DNA of 64,000 nucleotides from an uncultured Chloroflexia bacterium. GTDB lineage: Bacteria > Chloroflexota > Limnocylindria > Limnocylindrales > CSP1-4. The stretch lies in assembly GCA_963748625.1 (NCBI GenBank), contig CAVVJT010000002.1:217642-281641 (forward strand). The letters are read 5' to 3'. Of the stretch, positions 1 through 9,040 are shown piece by piece. Under the pieces are notes generated by a model. The model was not told where the DNA came from. It made no database searches and saw only the letters and a list, made by a program, of their open reading frames with translations. Numbering within the stretch: position 1 is the stretch's first letter; each line of letters opens with the position of its first letter. A program made the translations under genes and the position numbers.

Positions 1-11
1 TGCCCGGCGCC

Positions 12-1577
12 GTGGCGGAGGACGTCACCGTCGAGGTGCGCCCGCTCGTCGGCTCCACCGAGTACGGCCCGATCATTGCCGGGGCCGACTTCGCGCCCGC
101 AGGCCTCGAGCTCGCGCTGGCCGGGACGCTCACCGTCGAGCTGCCCGTGGGATCGGCTCCAGCCGGCCTCGTCGCGCTCTCGTATTCGGGTGACGTCGCG
201 TCCACCACGGGCCGCCTCCTGCCCGGCCCCGGCAAGGATGCGGCGAGCGGCACCCTCACGTTCAGCGTGCCGCACTTCTCCGGGTCGATGGCCACCGACC
301 TTGGCACGGGCCAGGCCGGCGTCGAGACGTCGTGGCTCAGCGCCGGGACCGGCGGCACGCCCGCAGCTCGCCAGGCCACCGCCCGGACCCGATACGCCGC
401 CGCGGGCGTTGCCCAGCGCCGGGGCCTGATCACGCCAGCGGAGGCGGACGACATCAGGCGCCGCGCCGTCGAGGAGTGGTGGCACGCCGAAAACGACTGG
501 CTGAAGGGGGACGCGGCGATGCAGCGGCTCACGGGCGACGGCGACGCCGGGGATCTGGGCGCCCTCGCCACAGCCGTCAGCCGCGTGTACGGGTTCGGGA
601 CCAGCCAGCAGGCCGAGGAACCCGCCGCCGACCCGGGGGCCTCCGAAGCGGCCGCAACGGTGATCCAGGAGTATGGGGACCGGCTCGGGCGGGTCGCCGC
701 CAACATCGCGGGCAAGGGCGTCGGCAATGCGGTGGGCTCGGGCCGCATGGAGGACATGCAGGCCGTCCACGGGCAGCTCGTCACGGCGCAGGTGATCGCG
801 CGGCAGCTGGGGTTCTTCGGCGCGGAGTCACGTGGCGTGGGCGACGAGCTCGTCGGCTTGACGTTGCTGATGGCCGACAAGCTGAAGAGCGCGTGCTCGG
901 GCGCGCCGGTCACCGCAGCGGCGGTCGCAGATCTCCAGCAGGGACTGGTGCTGGCGGACGACCCGGCGGCGGCGAGGGAGCTCGCGGCGCCGTTCCCCGG
1001 CTGCGACGACAGCACGCCGGGGCCGTCGTACGACGGCGAGATCACGGCGGACGGCACCATCCGGTATGGAACCACCTACCAGACCGCCGTTGGGACGCAC
1101 AACTACTCAGTGACACTCCAGGTCAAGATCCGCCCGGGCCAGGAAGCCCTCATCTTCGCCAAGGGGAGCCGGTTCTCCGCTTCCTGGACGTTCACGCCTG
1201 GTGACGTGATGGGCGAGGGTGGCGAGCAGGCCGTGAGCGACTGCCCGACCAGCCAGTCGTGGGAGGGGACGCTCGGCACGCTCAACCCCTTGGGAGGGTG
1301 GGACCCCGGCAGCGACCCCTCCCCCCAGGGGAGCGGGTTCGCCATGAAGGGTGGCGGCGATGACCTGATCCTCCCCCTGCTCGTGTCGTACGAGGGCGAT
1401 TGGCCGGACGGCTGCACGGCGCCCAGCGTGGCGATCGACTGCCCCGATGGCGATGCGCTCACGGGCACGCTGACCGGGGATCGGCCGCCGACGTGGTCGT
1501 TCGGGTGCTCCTCGAGCACGAAGGACGGCAACATCAGCGCCAGCGGCACGCTGGTCCAGGTGATCCCGGGCCAGTAG
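12..1577 (+). CDS. Probable secreted/surface protein, 5'-truncated by the window, with ZU5-like N-terminal region
   Basis: Long ORF with high GC3; 'FAPAGLELA..GTLTVELP...LTFSVPHFS' resembles ZU5-like modules; C-terminal Cys pairs. Confidence 0.55.
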   Translation: MAEDVTVEVRPLVGSTEYGPIIAGADFAPAGLELALAGTLTVELPVGSAPAGLVALSYSGDVASTTGRLLPGPGKDAASGTLTFSVPHFSGSMATDLGTGQAGVETSWLSAGTGGTPAARQATARTRYAAAGVAQRRGLITPAEADDIRRRAVEEWWHAENDWLKGDAAMQRLTGDGDAGDLGALATAVSRVYGFGTSQQAEEPAADPGASEAAATVIQEYGDRLGRVAANIAGKGVGNAVGSGRMEDMQAVHGQLVTAQVIARQLGFFGAESRGVGDELVGLTLLMADKLKSACSGAPVTAAAVADLQQGLVLADDPAAARELAAPFPGCDDSTPGPSYDGEITADGTIRYGTTYQTAVGTHNYSVTLQVKIRPGQEALIFAKGSRFSASWTFTPGDVMGEGGEQAVSDCPTSQSWEGTLGTLNPLGGWDPGSDPSPQGSGFAMKGGGDDLILPLLVSYEGDWPDGCTAPSVAIDCPDGDALTGTLTGDRPPTWSFGCSSSTKDGNISASGTLVQVIPGQ

Positions 1578-1594
1578 CCGATCGTGGGCGGAGG

Positions 1595-2204
1595 TCAGCC
1601 GGCGACACCGGGCCCTGGGGCGCGATGGAAGCGGATGCCATCGCGCAGGTCCTCGCACCGGGTGGTCGAGGGCTCCCGGAGCGTGCGCAGAATGGCGAAC
1701 CCGTCGCCCACACAGCCACCGAGGTGGATGGCCAGCGGCACGACCAGGTAGCCGGCCCACGGCCCGAAGCACAGGGCGAACCCGATCGCCGAGATCACGA
1801 CAGCCGGGGCGGCGGCGACCATCAGGTACCCCGGTCGCGTGAACCGGTGGCCGTCGGCCGTCGTGTAGAGCGCCGGGACCACGCGGCCGACGAGCATTGC
1901 GCCGAACCGCGGCCGCGCGCCGAGACCACGCATCACCAAGCCATGGATCCCTTCGTGGACGACCATCAGCAGCACCGTGGTGCCCAGCACCAGGAGGACG
2001 TCGGCCAGGTCGAACTGGATCTCTCCGGAGGCCGACCCGGACTGGAGGATCGCCGGCTGGGCGAAGAGCACGAGGCCGACGACCGTGACCACGACGGCTG
2101 TGATGTTCCAGGTGATCGCCGACGAGGTGCCCGGCCGCCACTCCACGACGTCGGGTTCCGGCTCGCGTCCGCGGTGCCTGGACGGTGTCGAGTTCCTGTG
2201 TCAT
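1595..2204 (-). CDS. DUF3267-like membrane zincin metalloprotease; probable indel near the 5' end
   Basis: HEGIH motif in a TM helix, 'AAAP' and 'GCVGD'; open frame 1595-2146, while the promoter-linked ATG at 2204 is in another frame. Confidence 0.75.
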
Positions 2205-2233
2205 GGGCGCATGGTGGATCCGGTGATCCGCCA

Positions 2234-2252
2234 TGTCATGACCACTGGTCAT
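2234..2252 (-). promoter_or_regulatory. ATGAC-N5-GTCATGACA motif, copy 1
   Basis: Reverse complement ATGACCAGTGGTCATGACA, then 17 nt, CACCAT, 6 nt, ATG. Confidence 0.7.
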
Positions 2253-2353
2253 CCAGCCTGGCGATCGCGACTGGACGCAGGGAGGACAATAGGCGCATCC
2301 ACCCCGACGTGTTCCCCGGCGGCCGCGTCACCACCGACCCCGGAGGCATCCCG

Positions 2354-2563
2354 ATGACCGACACCACACAGGCTCCCGCCCCGGCCCAGCCGGCCCTGAC
2401 CAGCGAGGAGCGCCTGCGAGCGATCGCCGGCGATCACAAGCGCAAGGCCAAGCGCGCGCCATCGCCCGCCCCCGTGGTCGACGGGTCCCGCCAGCCCGGT
2501 GATCTGATCGACCCGGTTCGGGATCGCTCCGGCCGCGACCTCGGGCGCGACCAGCCGCTCTGA
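2354..2563 (+). CDS. Small hypothetical protein (69 aa)
   Basis: GGAGG RBS at 2342 before ATG; coding-like codon bias. Confidence 0.55.
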   Translation: MTDTTQAPAPAQPALTSEERLRAIAGDHKRKAKRAPSPAPVVDGSRQPGDLIDPVRDRSGRDLGRDQPL

Positions 2564-2620
2564 CGCCGGCGCCGGCCCGCCGGCGGGCAGCCCTGGCCGG
2601 CTGGAACGACGCGGGCGGCG

Positions 2621-2639
2621 ATGACGGCCCGTCATGACA
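2621..2639 (+). promoter_or_regulatory. ATGAC-N5-GTCATGACA motif, copy 2
   Basis: ATGACGGCCCGTCATGACA, then 17 nt, CATAGT. Confidence 0.7.
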
Positions 2640-2725
2640 CGCGCTCGCCTGGTCGCCATAGTCCGGGTTGCATCTCTCGCAGGCCATGCGAGCCCGAGGA
2701 CAGCATCAACACGAGGAGCGGCGAC

Positions 2726-2956
2726 ATGACCACCGATGGCGAACCCCGCGGCGACTTCGCGGAGGGTCAGGCCGACATCGAGGAGCCGGCCGGCGCCCTC
2801 GAGGGCGACTTCGCGGCAGGCGAGGAGGAGACGCCGCGGACTGGCACCGTCCAGCCGAGCGGCGGCTTCGCTTCCGGCGAGGCAGCGGATCCGACGGATC
2901 CGACGGCGCTCCACGGTGACTTCGCGCGCGGCCAGGAAGAGGAGCCCCGCAAGTAG
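2726..2956 (+). CDS. Small acidic repeat protein (76 aa)
   Basis: GAGGAG RBS; four G[DG]FAxG[QE] repeats. Confidence 0.65.
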   Translation: MTTDGEPRGDFAEGQADIEEPAGALEGDFAAGEEETPRTGTVQPSGGFASGEAADPTDPTALHGDFARGQEEEPRK

Positions 2957-3046
2957 TCTGGGTCGCCTGGGGCCGACATCCGCGTGGCCCGCAGCTCACG
3001 GAGGCCCGGCTGTCAGCGACCGGTCCTCCGCTTCTGCATCCCCCGA

Positions 3047-3829
3047 TCAGGCCTGCGGCCGGTGGCCCACGTCCCCCTCGCCCGCCCATCCCGTGTTCGA
3101 GAAGGTGGGGATGAACCGGTAGCCACGACCTGACACGGTCGCGATGAAGCGCGGATGCCGGTAGTCGTTCTGGAGCTTGACCCGCAGGCTGCGGATGTGC
3201 CGGTCCACGATGTTGCTCTCCGACACGAAGTCCGTGCCCCAGATCGCGTCGAGGATCTCGTCGCGCGTCACGACCTGGCCGCCACGGCTGGCGAGCAGGT
3301 AGAGCAGGCTCTGCTCGATCCCGGAGAGGTGGATCACCGACGTCCCGGTGCGCACCTCGCGGCTCAGGATGTCGATCTCCATCTCGCCGATCGTGATCGT
3401 GGGGATGAACGGCTGCTCGATCCCCGTTGCGCGGCGGGTGAGGACGATGGCCCGCGCGAGCAGCTCCTCGGGGGCGAACGGCATCGTGAGGATGTCGTCG
3501 ACGCCCAGGTCGAACGCCCGCAACTTCGTCCTGAGGTCGCCCCGGCGGGTCAGCCCCAGGGCCGGCGTCACCTGCTTGGTCAACTGGCCTGTCGACCCGA
3601 GGTGCCCGAGCAGCGCCGTGCTGTCGTCGTGGTCCATGTCGATGACGGCCAGGTGCGGCTGCCAGCTGGCAAGGATCGCCTGTGCCCCGGCGAGGGTGTC
3701 CGCGGCCCGCACCGCGAAGACCCCGTGGTTGAGCGTCAGCTCGATCAGGTCCACCACGAGCGGGCGGTCGTGCAGCACGAGCGCACGGCGCGCGTCGCCT
3801 GTGAGCGGCTCCGTGGGCTCGACTGTCAT
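3047..3829 (-). CDS. Atypical OmpR/PhoB-family response regulator (orphan)
   Basis: Winged HTH 'TRDEILDAIWG..SNIVDRHIRSLRVKL..FIATVSGRGYRF'; degenerate receiver (HD acidic pocket, 'LTMPF' for 'LTKPF'). Confidence 0.9.
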   Translation of the reverse strand: MTVEPTEPLTGDARRALVLHDRPLVVDLIELTLNHGVFAVRAADTLAGAQAILASWQPHLAVIDMDHDDSTALLGHLGSTGQLTKQVTPALGLTRRGDLRTKLRAFDLGVDDILTMPFAPEELLARAIVLTRRATGIEQPFIPTITIGEMEIDILSREVRTGTSVIHLSGIEQSLLYLLASRGGQVVTRDEILDAIWGTDFVSESNIVDRHIRSLRVKLQNDYRHPRFIATVSGRGYRFIPTFSNTGWAGEGDVGHRPQA

Positions 3830-4055
3830 ACGCATCTGTGAACTGCACCCTGGCGGTGGTCCCACGCGGGCCCGGTCTCGGGCGACCACGCTGATTCTAC
3901 CGCGCGGGTGGTCACTTCCGCGTCGGACGGCTGCCTGAACGATCGGCGAGGCCCGACCCGATCAAGGAGTCGAGGACATGTCCTCAGCCTCCTCGTCACG
4001 GGACGGCCCCCGCGGGGCAGTCCTGGCCGGCCGGCCGCGAAGGTTGCGTGCCGTG

Positions 4056-4074
4056 ATGACGCCTCGTCATGACA
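4056..4074 (+). promoter_or_regulatory. ATGAC-N5-GTCATGACA motif, copy 3
   Basis: ATGACGCCTCGTCATGACA, then 17 nt, CAGATT. Confidence 0.7.
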
Positions 4075-4252
4075 CGCTCCCGCCTGGCCGCCAGATTCCG
4101 GTTGCATACATCAGGGGGCTCGGCGTCTCGGGACGCGGGCCCTTCCTCCCTCCAGACCTGCTCCTGGCGTGTCTCCCTCCCTCTGCGCCAGGAGCAGGTC
4201 GCTCCGTTTCCGGCGCATCGACCACCATGGGCGAGGCGCGGAGGTGTCGGAC

Positions 4253-5344
4253 ATGGCGAACGACGACAGAGACCAGCCTACGCACAAGCCGGCGCCACCC
4301 GCCGGATCCAGTGCCGTGGTCAGGAACGCAATGTCAGACGCTCGGAAGGCCTCGAGCGCCGATCAGATCATTGCCGATGCCGATCAGTCGGCGTCCGACG
4401 CGGACCAGGTGTCCTCCGAGTCCGATCGGACGTCATCGGATCGGGACCAGACCGGCGCGGACCGGGATCAGCTGGCCTCGGACCGGGACCAGGCGACGGC
4501 GGACGCGGATCGAGCGAAGCGTCTCGACCTGTCCCCCGCTGAAGTGGACGCCTACGAGACATCTCGGGAGCATCGGATGGATGCGTCGTTCGAGCGTCTC
4601 GGCAATCGGATTCGCCGACAGATGACCGCGCGCGACCGGGATGAGGCGGCGACGGACCGGGATCGGATGGCAGAGATCCGTGACGAGGGAGGCCGGGGGA
4701 GGGACGCCCACGCGACCGACCTCGGACTTCCGTCCAACGAACGTGAGGCGGACCTGCTGCACGAGCTCGAGAAGCTGCGTGCCGAGGCTGCGGCAGACCG
4801 CTCGCGAGCGGCGGAGGATCGCACGCAGGCCGCCACCGACCGGGCCAAGGCCGCCCGTGATCGGGCCCGGCTCGAGGGGGAGCTGCAGGCCTCCCACCTC
4901 GACGAGCTCACCGGCGCCTACCGGCGCGACATGGGTCGCCTGGCAATCACCCACGAGATCGACCGCGTGCGACGATCGGGCGGACCGCTCGTGGTGGCCT
5001 TCGTCGATGTCGACGAGCTCAAGACGGTGAACGATCGGGAGGGCCATGTCGCGGGGGATCGCGTGCTGCAATCCGTGGTGCGAGCGATGCGGTCACGGCT
5101 GCGCTCGTTCGACCCGATCATCCGCTACGGGGGCGACCAGTTCGTGTGCGGACTGGCCGGCACGGACCTTGCCGAGGCGAGACGCCGGTTCGACCTGATC
5201 GGCATTGCGATCGAAGCGAATTCCGGGGTCGGGATCAGCGTCGGGCTCGCGGAGCTCGAGCCGGAGGACACCGCAGACGGGCTGACCGGACGCGCCGATG
5301 CGGCCATGCTCGATGTCAAGGCAGCGCACCACACCCGGCTCTAG
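4253..5344 (+). CDS. GGDEF-domain protein (GGDQF variant) with N-terminal DRD heptad coiled coil
   Basis: 'DELTG..FVDVDELKTVNDREGHVAGD..RYGGDQF..SVG..ADAAM'; GGAGG RBS. Confidence 0.9.
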   Translation: MANDDRDQPTHKPAPPAGSSAVVRNAMSDARKASSADQIIADADQSASDADQVSSESDRTSSDRDQTGADRDQLASDRDQATADADRAKRLDLSPAEVDAYETSREHRMDASFERLGNRIRRQMTARDRDEAATDRDRMAEIRDEGGRGRDAHATDLGLPSNEREADLLHELEKLRAEAAADRSRAAEDRTQAATDRAKAARDRARLEGELQASHLDELTGAYRRDMGRLAITHEIDRVRRSGGPLVVAFVDVDELKTVNDREGHVAGDRVLQSVVRAMRSRLRSFDPIIRYGGDQFVCGLAGTDLAEARRRFDLIGIAIEANSGVGISVGLAELEPEDTADGLTGRADAAMLDVKAAHHTRL

Positions 5345-5378
5345 GCGTCCCACCACCACGCCCGGCGTCACCGGCCGC

Positions 5379-5397
5379 ATGACACGCCGTCATGACA
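5379..5397 (+). promoter_or_regulatory. ATGAC-N5-GTCATGACA motif, copy 4
   Basis: ATGACACGCCGTCATGACA upstream of the YggT/GlsB/CsbD genes. Confidence 0.65.
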
Positions 5398-5504
5398 CCG
5401 GGCCGCGGGGGGCGCCTACTACGGGTACAGCATTGGCCGGAGTCTCACCCGGCGGTGGTCGCCAGGCCCCGCTTCCCCGGATGCCTCGTGCACGGGAGAA
5501 CACC

Positions 5505-5924
5505 TTGGCCATCGACCAGGTCGACCGGACGGTCGTCACCACCCAGGAGTCCACGCCCACGGGCCCGGCGACCGTGCAGACGGACAGCCAACGGACCAGC
5601 AGGTCGGGTCCCGGCGGCGCCGAGATGGCCCGCCGCATCGTCGTCCTCGTCTTCGGGCTCATCCAGATCGTCATCGGGGCGCGCATCGTCCTGCTCCTGC
5701 TCGACGCGCGGGAGGCCAACGCCCTCGTGTCCGGGATCCTCAACGTCAGCCAGGTGTTCGTGGCGCCGTTCGAGGGGATCCTGCGAACGGACTCCCTCAA
5801 CGCGGCGGGCTCCGTCCTCGACATCACCGCCATCGTGGCCCTCGTCGGCTGGACGATCCTCGAGCTGATCGTGCTCTGGGTCATTGGGATCTTCTCCCGC
5901 CGGTCGGCCGTAGCAACCGCCTGA
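5505..5924 (+). CDS. YggT-like membrane protein
   Basis: TTG start after GGAG; 'ARIVLLLLDA..N.LVSGI..VSQVFVAPFEGI..LDITAIVAL'. Confidence 0.7.
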   Translation: MAIDQVDRTVVTTQESTPTGPATVQTDSQRTSRSGPGGAEMARRIVVLVFGLIQIVIGARIVLLLLDAREANALVSGILNVSQVFVAPFEGILRTDSLNAAGSVLDITAIVALVGWTILELIVLWVIGIFSRRSAVATA

Positions 5925-6014
5925 CCGCGTCGCGGTGCCCGCTGCGGACGGGTGATCATCCGCCCCTCCACGCGGCCCGTCACGGACGGGCGCGCCACGA
6001 AAGGACCACCCCGC

Positions 6015-6281
6015 ATGGGAATCATCGCCTGGATCGTGCTCGGCGCAATCGCCGGGTTCATCGCCAACCTCATCATGGGCTCGCGTGACGGCCTGCTCAT
6101 GATGATCGTCCTGGGCATCGTCGGCGCCGTCGTCGGCGGCTTCATCGCCGGCAACCTGCTCGGCATCGCCGATGTCACCGGCTTCAACCTCACCAGCCTC
6201 CTGGTCGCGGTGTTCGGCGCCGTCGTCGTCATCGCCGTCGCCCGGCTCGTCATGGGCCGCGGCACGACGCGGACCGTCTGA
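6015..6281 (+). CDS. GlsB/YeaQ/YmgE (transglycosylase-associated) stress membrane protein
   Basis: 'MGIIAWIVLGAIAGFIA..IVLGIVGAVVGG..SLLVAVFGAVV'. Confidence 0.92.
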   Translation: MGIIAWIVLGAIAGFIANLIMGSRDGLLMMIVLGIVGAVVGGFIAGNLLGIADVTGFNLTSLLVAVFGAVVVIAVARLVMGRGTTRTV

Positions 6282-6344
6282 TCAACCGCCGCTCAGTACG
6301 TCTTCACATCCACTCCACACGCACCTAGCACGAAGGAGTCAGGC

Positions 6345-6548
6345 ATGACTGACGAGCATGTCAAGGGAACCGTCACCGGCATCCAGGGCAAGATCGAGGA
6401 GACCGCCGGCAAGATCACCGGGAACAAGGAGCAGGAGCTCCACGGCAAGGCCAAGCAGGTCCAGGGCGAGGCCCAGAAGGGTCTCGGCGACGTCCAGGAC
6501 GCCGTGGACAACGCCCTTCATCCGCACGGGGATGATGAGACCAAATGA
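6345..6548 (+). CDS. csbD: CsbD family general stress protein
   Basis: 'GKIEETAGKITGNKEQELHGKAKQVQGEAQ'; AAGGAG RBS. Confidence 0.9.
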   Translation: MTDEHVKGTVTGIQGKIEETAGKITGNKEQELHGKAKQVQGEAQKGLGDVQDAVDNALHPHGDDETK

Positions 6549-6973
6549 CCATCACTGAGGCTCGCGCCAAGACCGACGAGACCATCGACGCCGCACTGGA
6601 GGTGGCCGACGGGGTCGTGGATGAGACGCGCTCACGGGCCGACCAGGTCCGAGGTGCGATCGAGGGTGCCGTCGATCATGTCCCCGACGTGATCGAGAGC
6701 GCCAGGTCCAGCGCTGAGCGCGTCGTCGGGAGTCTGCCGGACGCGGCCGAGCGAGCCAGGCTCGGCGTCGAGAAGACCACGACGAGGCTGCAGATCCTGC
6801 CCGACCCCACGCTGCGGCTGGTTGCGGCAGCATCGGTTGGCCTGGCGGCCGGACTCCAGCTCGCTGGCGCTCCCCGCCTCGTGTCCGTGCTGGCCCTCGT
6901 GCCTGCACTCCTCGCCGGCGGAGCCCTTGCCACGCGGCCAGGAGCGATCCCGGCGATGCCAGCGGCACGGTGA
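6545..6973 (+). CDS. Hypothetical tail-anchored helical protein
   Basis: ATGA overlap with csbD; amphipathic helices and hydrophobic C-terminus. Confidence 0.7.
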   Translation: MTITEARAKTDETIDAALEVADGVVDETRSRADQVRGAIEGAVDHVPDVIESARSSAERVVGSLPDAAERARLGVEKTTTRLQILPDPTLRLVAAASVGLAAGLQLAGAPRLVSVLALVPALLAGGALATRPGAIPAMPAAR

Positions 6974-7024
6974 GATCGGCGCCCGTCCCAGCGCCGCCCG
7001 GGGACCACAACCCGTAGACCAGAA

Positions 7025-7067
7025 GCCCGGAGACCCGCGGATGCCCAGGGCCCGCGGGTCTCCGGGC
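7025..7067. terminator. GC-rich hairpin between convergent genes
   Basis: 16-bp inverted repeat GCCCGGAGACCCGCGG / CCGCGGGTCTCCGGGC. Confidence 0.65.
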
Positions 7068-7110
7068 GTCCGCGGCCGCCCTGTGCCTGCTGCCCGCCGC
7101 CCCGGTCCGG

Positions 7111-7270
7111 CTAGACGAGGACCACCTCGAGGCCGGGGACGCGCACGTAGTCGGCATCCTGGGTGATCACGGGCACCCCGAGCGCGAGCGCGGTCGCCGC
7201 GATCCAAGTGTCGTTCACGCCCATGCGCAAGCCCAGATCGCGGAGCACGACCCGCAGGCGGGAGTCTAGT
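7111..7270 (-). pseudogene. C-terminal fragment of a PIN/VapC toxin
   Basis: 'GLRMGVNDTWIAATALALGVPVITQDADY..VPGL' is a PIN C-terminus; N-terminal half absent. Confidence 0.75.
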
Positions 7271-7781
7271 GTCCCGATTCGCCCGTCGCTGGCGGCGTGC
7301 GGACCGCCGCTCCGGGTCCTGGCGCCGTCCGGGTCCTGGCGCTGTCCGGCTGCGCGCCGGACGGCCACACGGTGCGGCCGGAGCGCTCGATGCGCGGCTG
7401 GTGCGCAGGTCGTGCCCTCGGGACCCTGGCGGAGCGCACGGGCGGAGCCCGGGGCGCACATCCCGCGACGTCACCGCTCCGTGTGCGCTCCGTGTGCGCG
7501 CCGGGTGCGCACGGCAGCAGCCGTCGTGGGCGACGCCCGGTGATGCCGCTTCCGATCAGCGGCACGGGCACGCAGGGGTATCCGCCAGGCATTGGCGGCA
7601 CGAGACACCGGGCCGCGGCGACATCGTCGTCTACCGACACGGGTGGTCAGCCGATCCGCGACGCGTAACGGCTAGGACCGGCCCGCGTCAGTCTTCCGAG
7701 TGAGTGCAGGTGTGGCCTGTCGAGCTTCGTCTGCCGGCAGCATCGCCGGACCGCAGGAGCCCAGGAGCCAGGGAGGGTGCC

Positions 7782-8507
7782 ATGAGCAACGTCGGCGGGA
7801 GCCCCCTGCGGGAGCGACTGCGCCCGGCCGTGGTCGTGGGGCTCGTCGCGGGGGCGCTGCTCGGCGGCTGGGGTGGGGCGTACATGCGCGGCAGCGGCAT
7901 GTTCTACTCCGACCTCTTCGTGGGTGCCTTCCTGGTCGTTGTCGTCTTGATCGCAGGCGTCGCCGCAGCCGTGGCGGCCAGGGCTCACTCCGACGAGGCT
8001 GCCCGCGCCCTGGCGGGGTTCGCGGGCATGACCGTGGTCGCCACCGCCGTGATGTTCGCCGTGTCCTCCCCCTACCGGGGTGTCAACCCGGGCGTCTGGT
8101 ACTTCGGCCGCGCCAGCATGCGCGCCGAGGAGTTGCCGCCGTTCACGTGGCGCATGGGGTCGAGATGCCTGATCCGAGACGGGGAGGCCTCCCTCTTCTC
8201 GGCCGAGGTGAACCTCCGTGAGGCCGCGGACCAGGCGGTGGGCGCCACGTTCCAGGTGATCCCGAGCGGCAGCTGGCCGCAGCCCGGCATCTCGATCTCG
8301 CTGATGGACCCGTCCATGACCTTCGTCTTCTACACCGCTGACTTCGGCGAGGACGCGGAGCTGGTCCTGGACACGCCCGACGGCCTTCGCGGCCACGTGA
8401 CCTTCTTGGCGACCAAGGTGCCGGACCAGTCCGCCTCGCCCGGGCCGGAACCTGACCAGCTCACCGGGAGCCTCGAGTGGGACTGCACGGTGCCGCCGTC
8501 GCCCTGA
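7782..8507 (+). CDS. Hypothetical membrane protein
   Basis: GGAGG RBS; three TM helices followed by a soluble beta domain. Confidence 0.65.
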   Translation: MSNVGGSPLRERLRPAVVVGLVAGALLGGWGGAYMRGSGMFYSDLFVGAFLVVVVLIAGVAAAVAARAHSDEAARALAGFAGMTVVATAVMFAVSSPYRGVNPGVWYFGRASMRAEELPPFTWRMGSRCLIRDGEASLFSAEVNLREAADQAVGATFQVIPSGSWPQPGISISLMDPSMTFVFYTADFGEDAELVLDTPDGLRGHVTFLATKVPDQSASPGPEPDQLTGSLEWDCTVPPSP

Positions 8508-8526
8508 GTCACGCGCCCGGAGGGCA

Positions 8527-8950
8527 CCTCGGAATCGAGAGACCCGCCTCGCGCGAGGCGGGTCTCGTGCGCGGGGCTGGCGTCGAGCCGCCAACCCGGT
8601 CGATCAGGCGCGGCTCGCGAACCAGATGGTCGGGGCACCGACGACGCCGGCCGAGTGCATCGCCTCGCGCAGCTCGCTGCTCCCGGCGAAAGCCTGGGCC
8701 GCCTCGAGGGTCGCGAACTCGTGGGTGACGGTGATGTCGCTCGGGTTGTCCACGGCCTGGTAGACGGCGTCCTCCTGGACACCCAGGGCCAGGGCTGTCG
8801 GCTGGAAGCCGTCGTAGACCTGTCGCCAGGCCGCGTAGTCGGATGTCGTGTGCCGAACGAACAGGGTCGCCATGGCTCTCGCCTCCTGCGGTCTCGCCGG
8901 GCTCGGACGAAGCCCGGTGGCCGCTGGCAGGATCCTGCCACAGCAGTATC
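8527..8950. repeat. 424-bp direct repeat, copy 1 (copy 2 at 24660-25083)
   Basis: Manual alignment gives about 6 substitutions. Confidence 0.95.
8604..8873 (-). CDS. Small dimeric alpha/beta-barrel (ABM/cyclase-like) protein, copy 1
   Basis: 'LFVRH..DYAAWR.VYD..VTHEFATLEAAQAF..ELREAM..AGV..P.IWF'; AGGAGG RBS. Confidence 0.8.
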   Translation of the reverse strand: MATLFVRHTTSDYAAWRQVYDGFQPTALALGVQEDAVYQAVDNPSDITVTHEFATLEAAQAFAGSSELREAMHSAGVVGAPTIWFASRA

Positions 8951-8954
8951 TGAC

Positions 8955-8971
8955 ATGTCAACTAGTGACAT
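8955..8971. promoter_or_regulatory. Palindromic operator upstream of marR
   Basis: ATGTCA-ACTAG-TGACAT in an AT-rich patch. Confidence 0.55.
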
Positions 8972-9040
8972 ATGACAAGATGACGAGTGGACAACAGAAC
9001 CACCGGCGCGCTAGGATCCACCCCGACGAGGAGGACCCTG

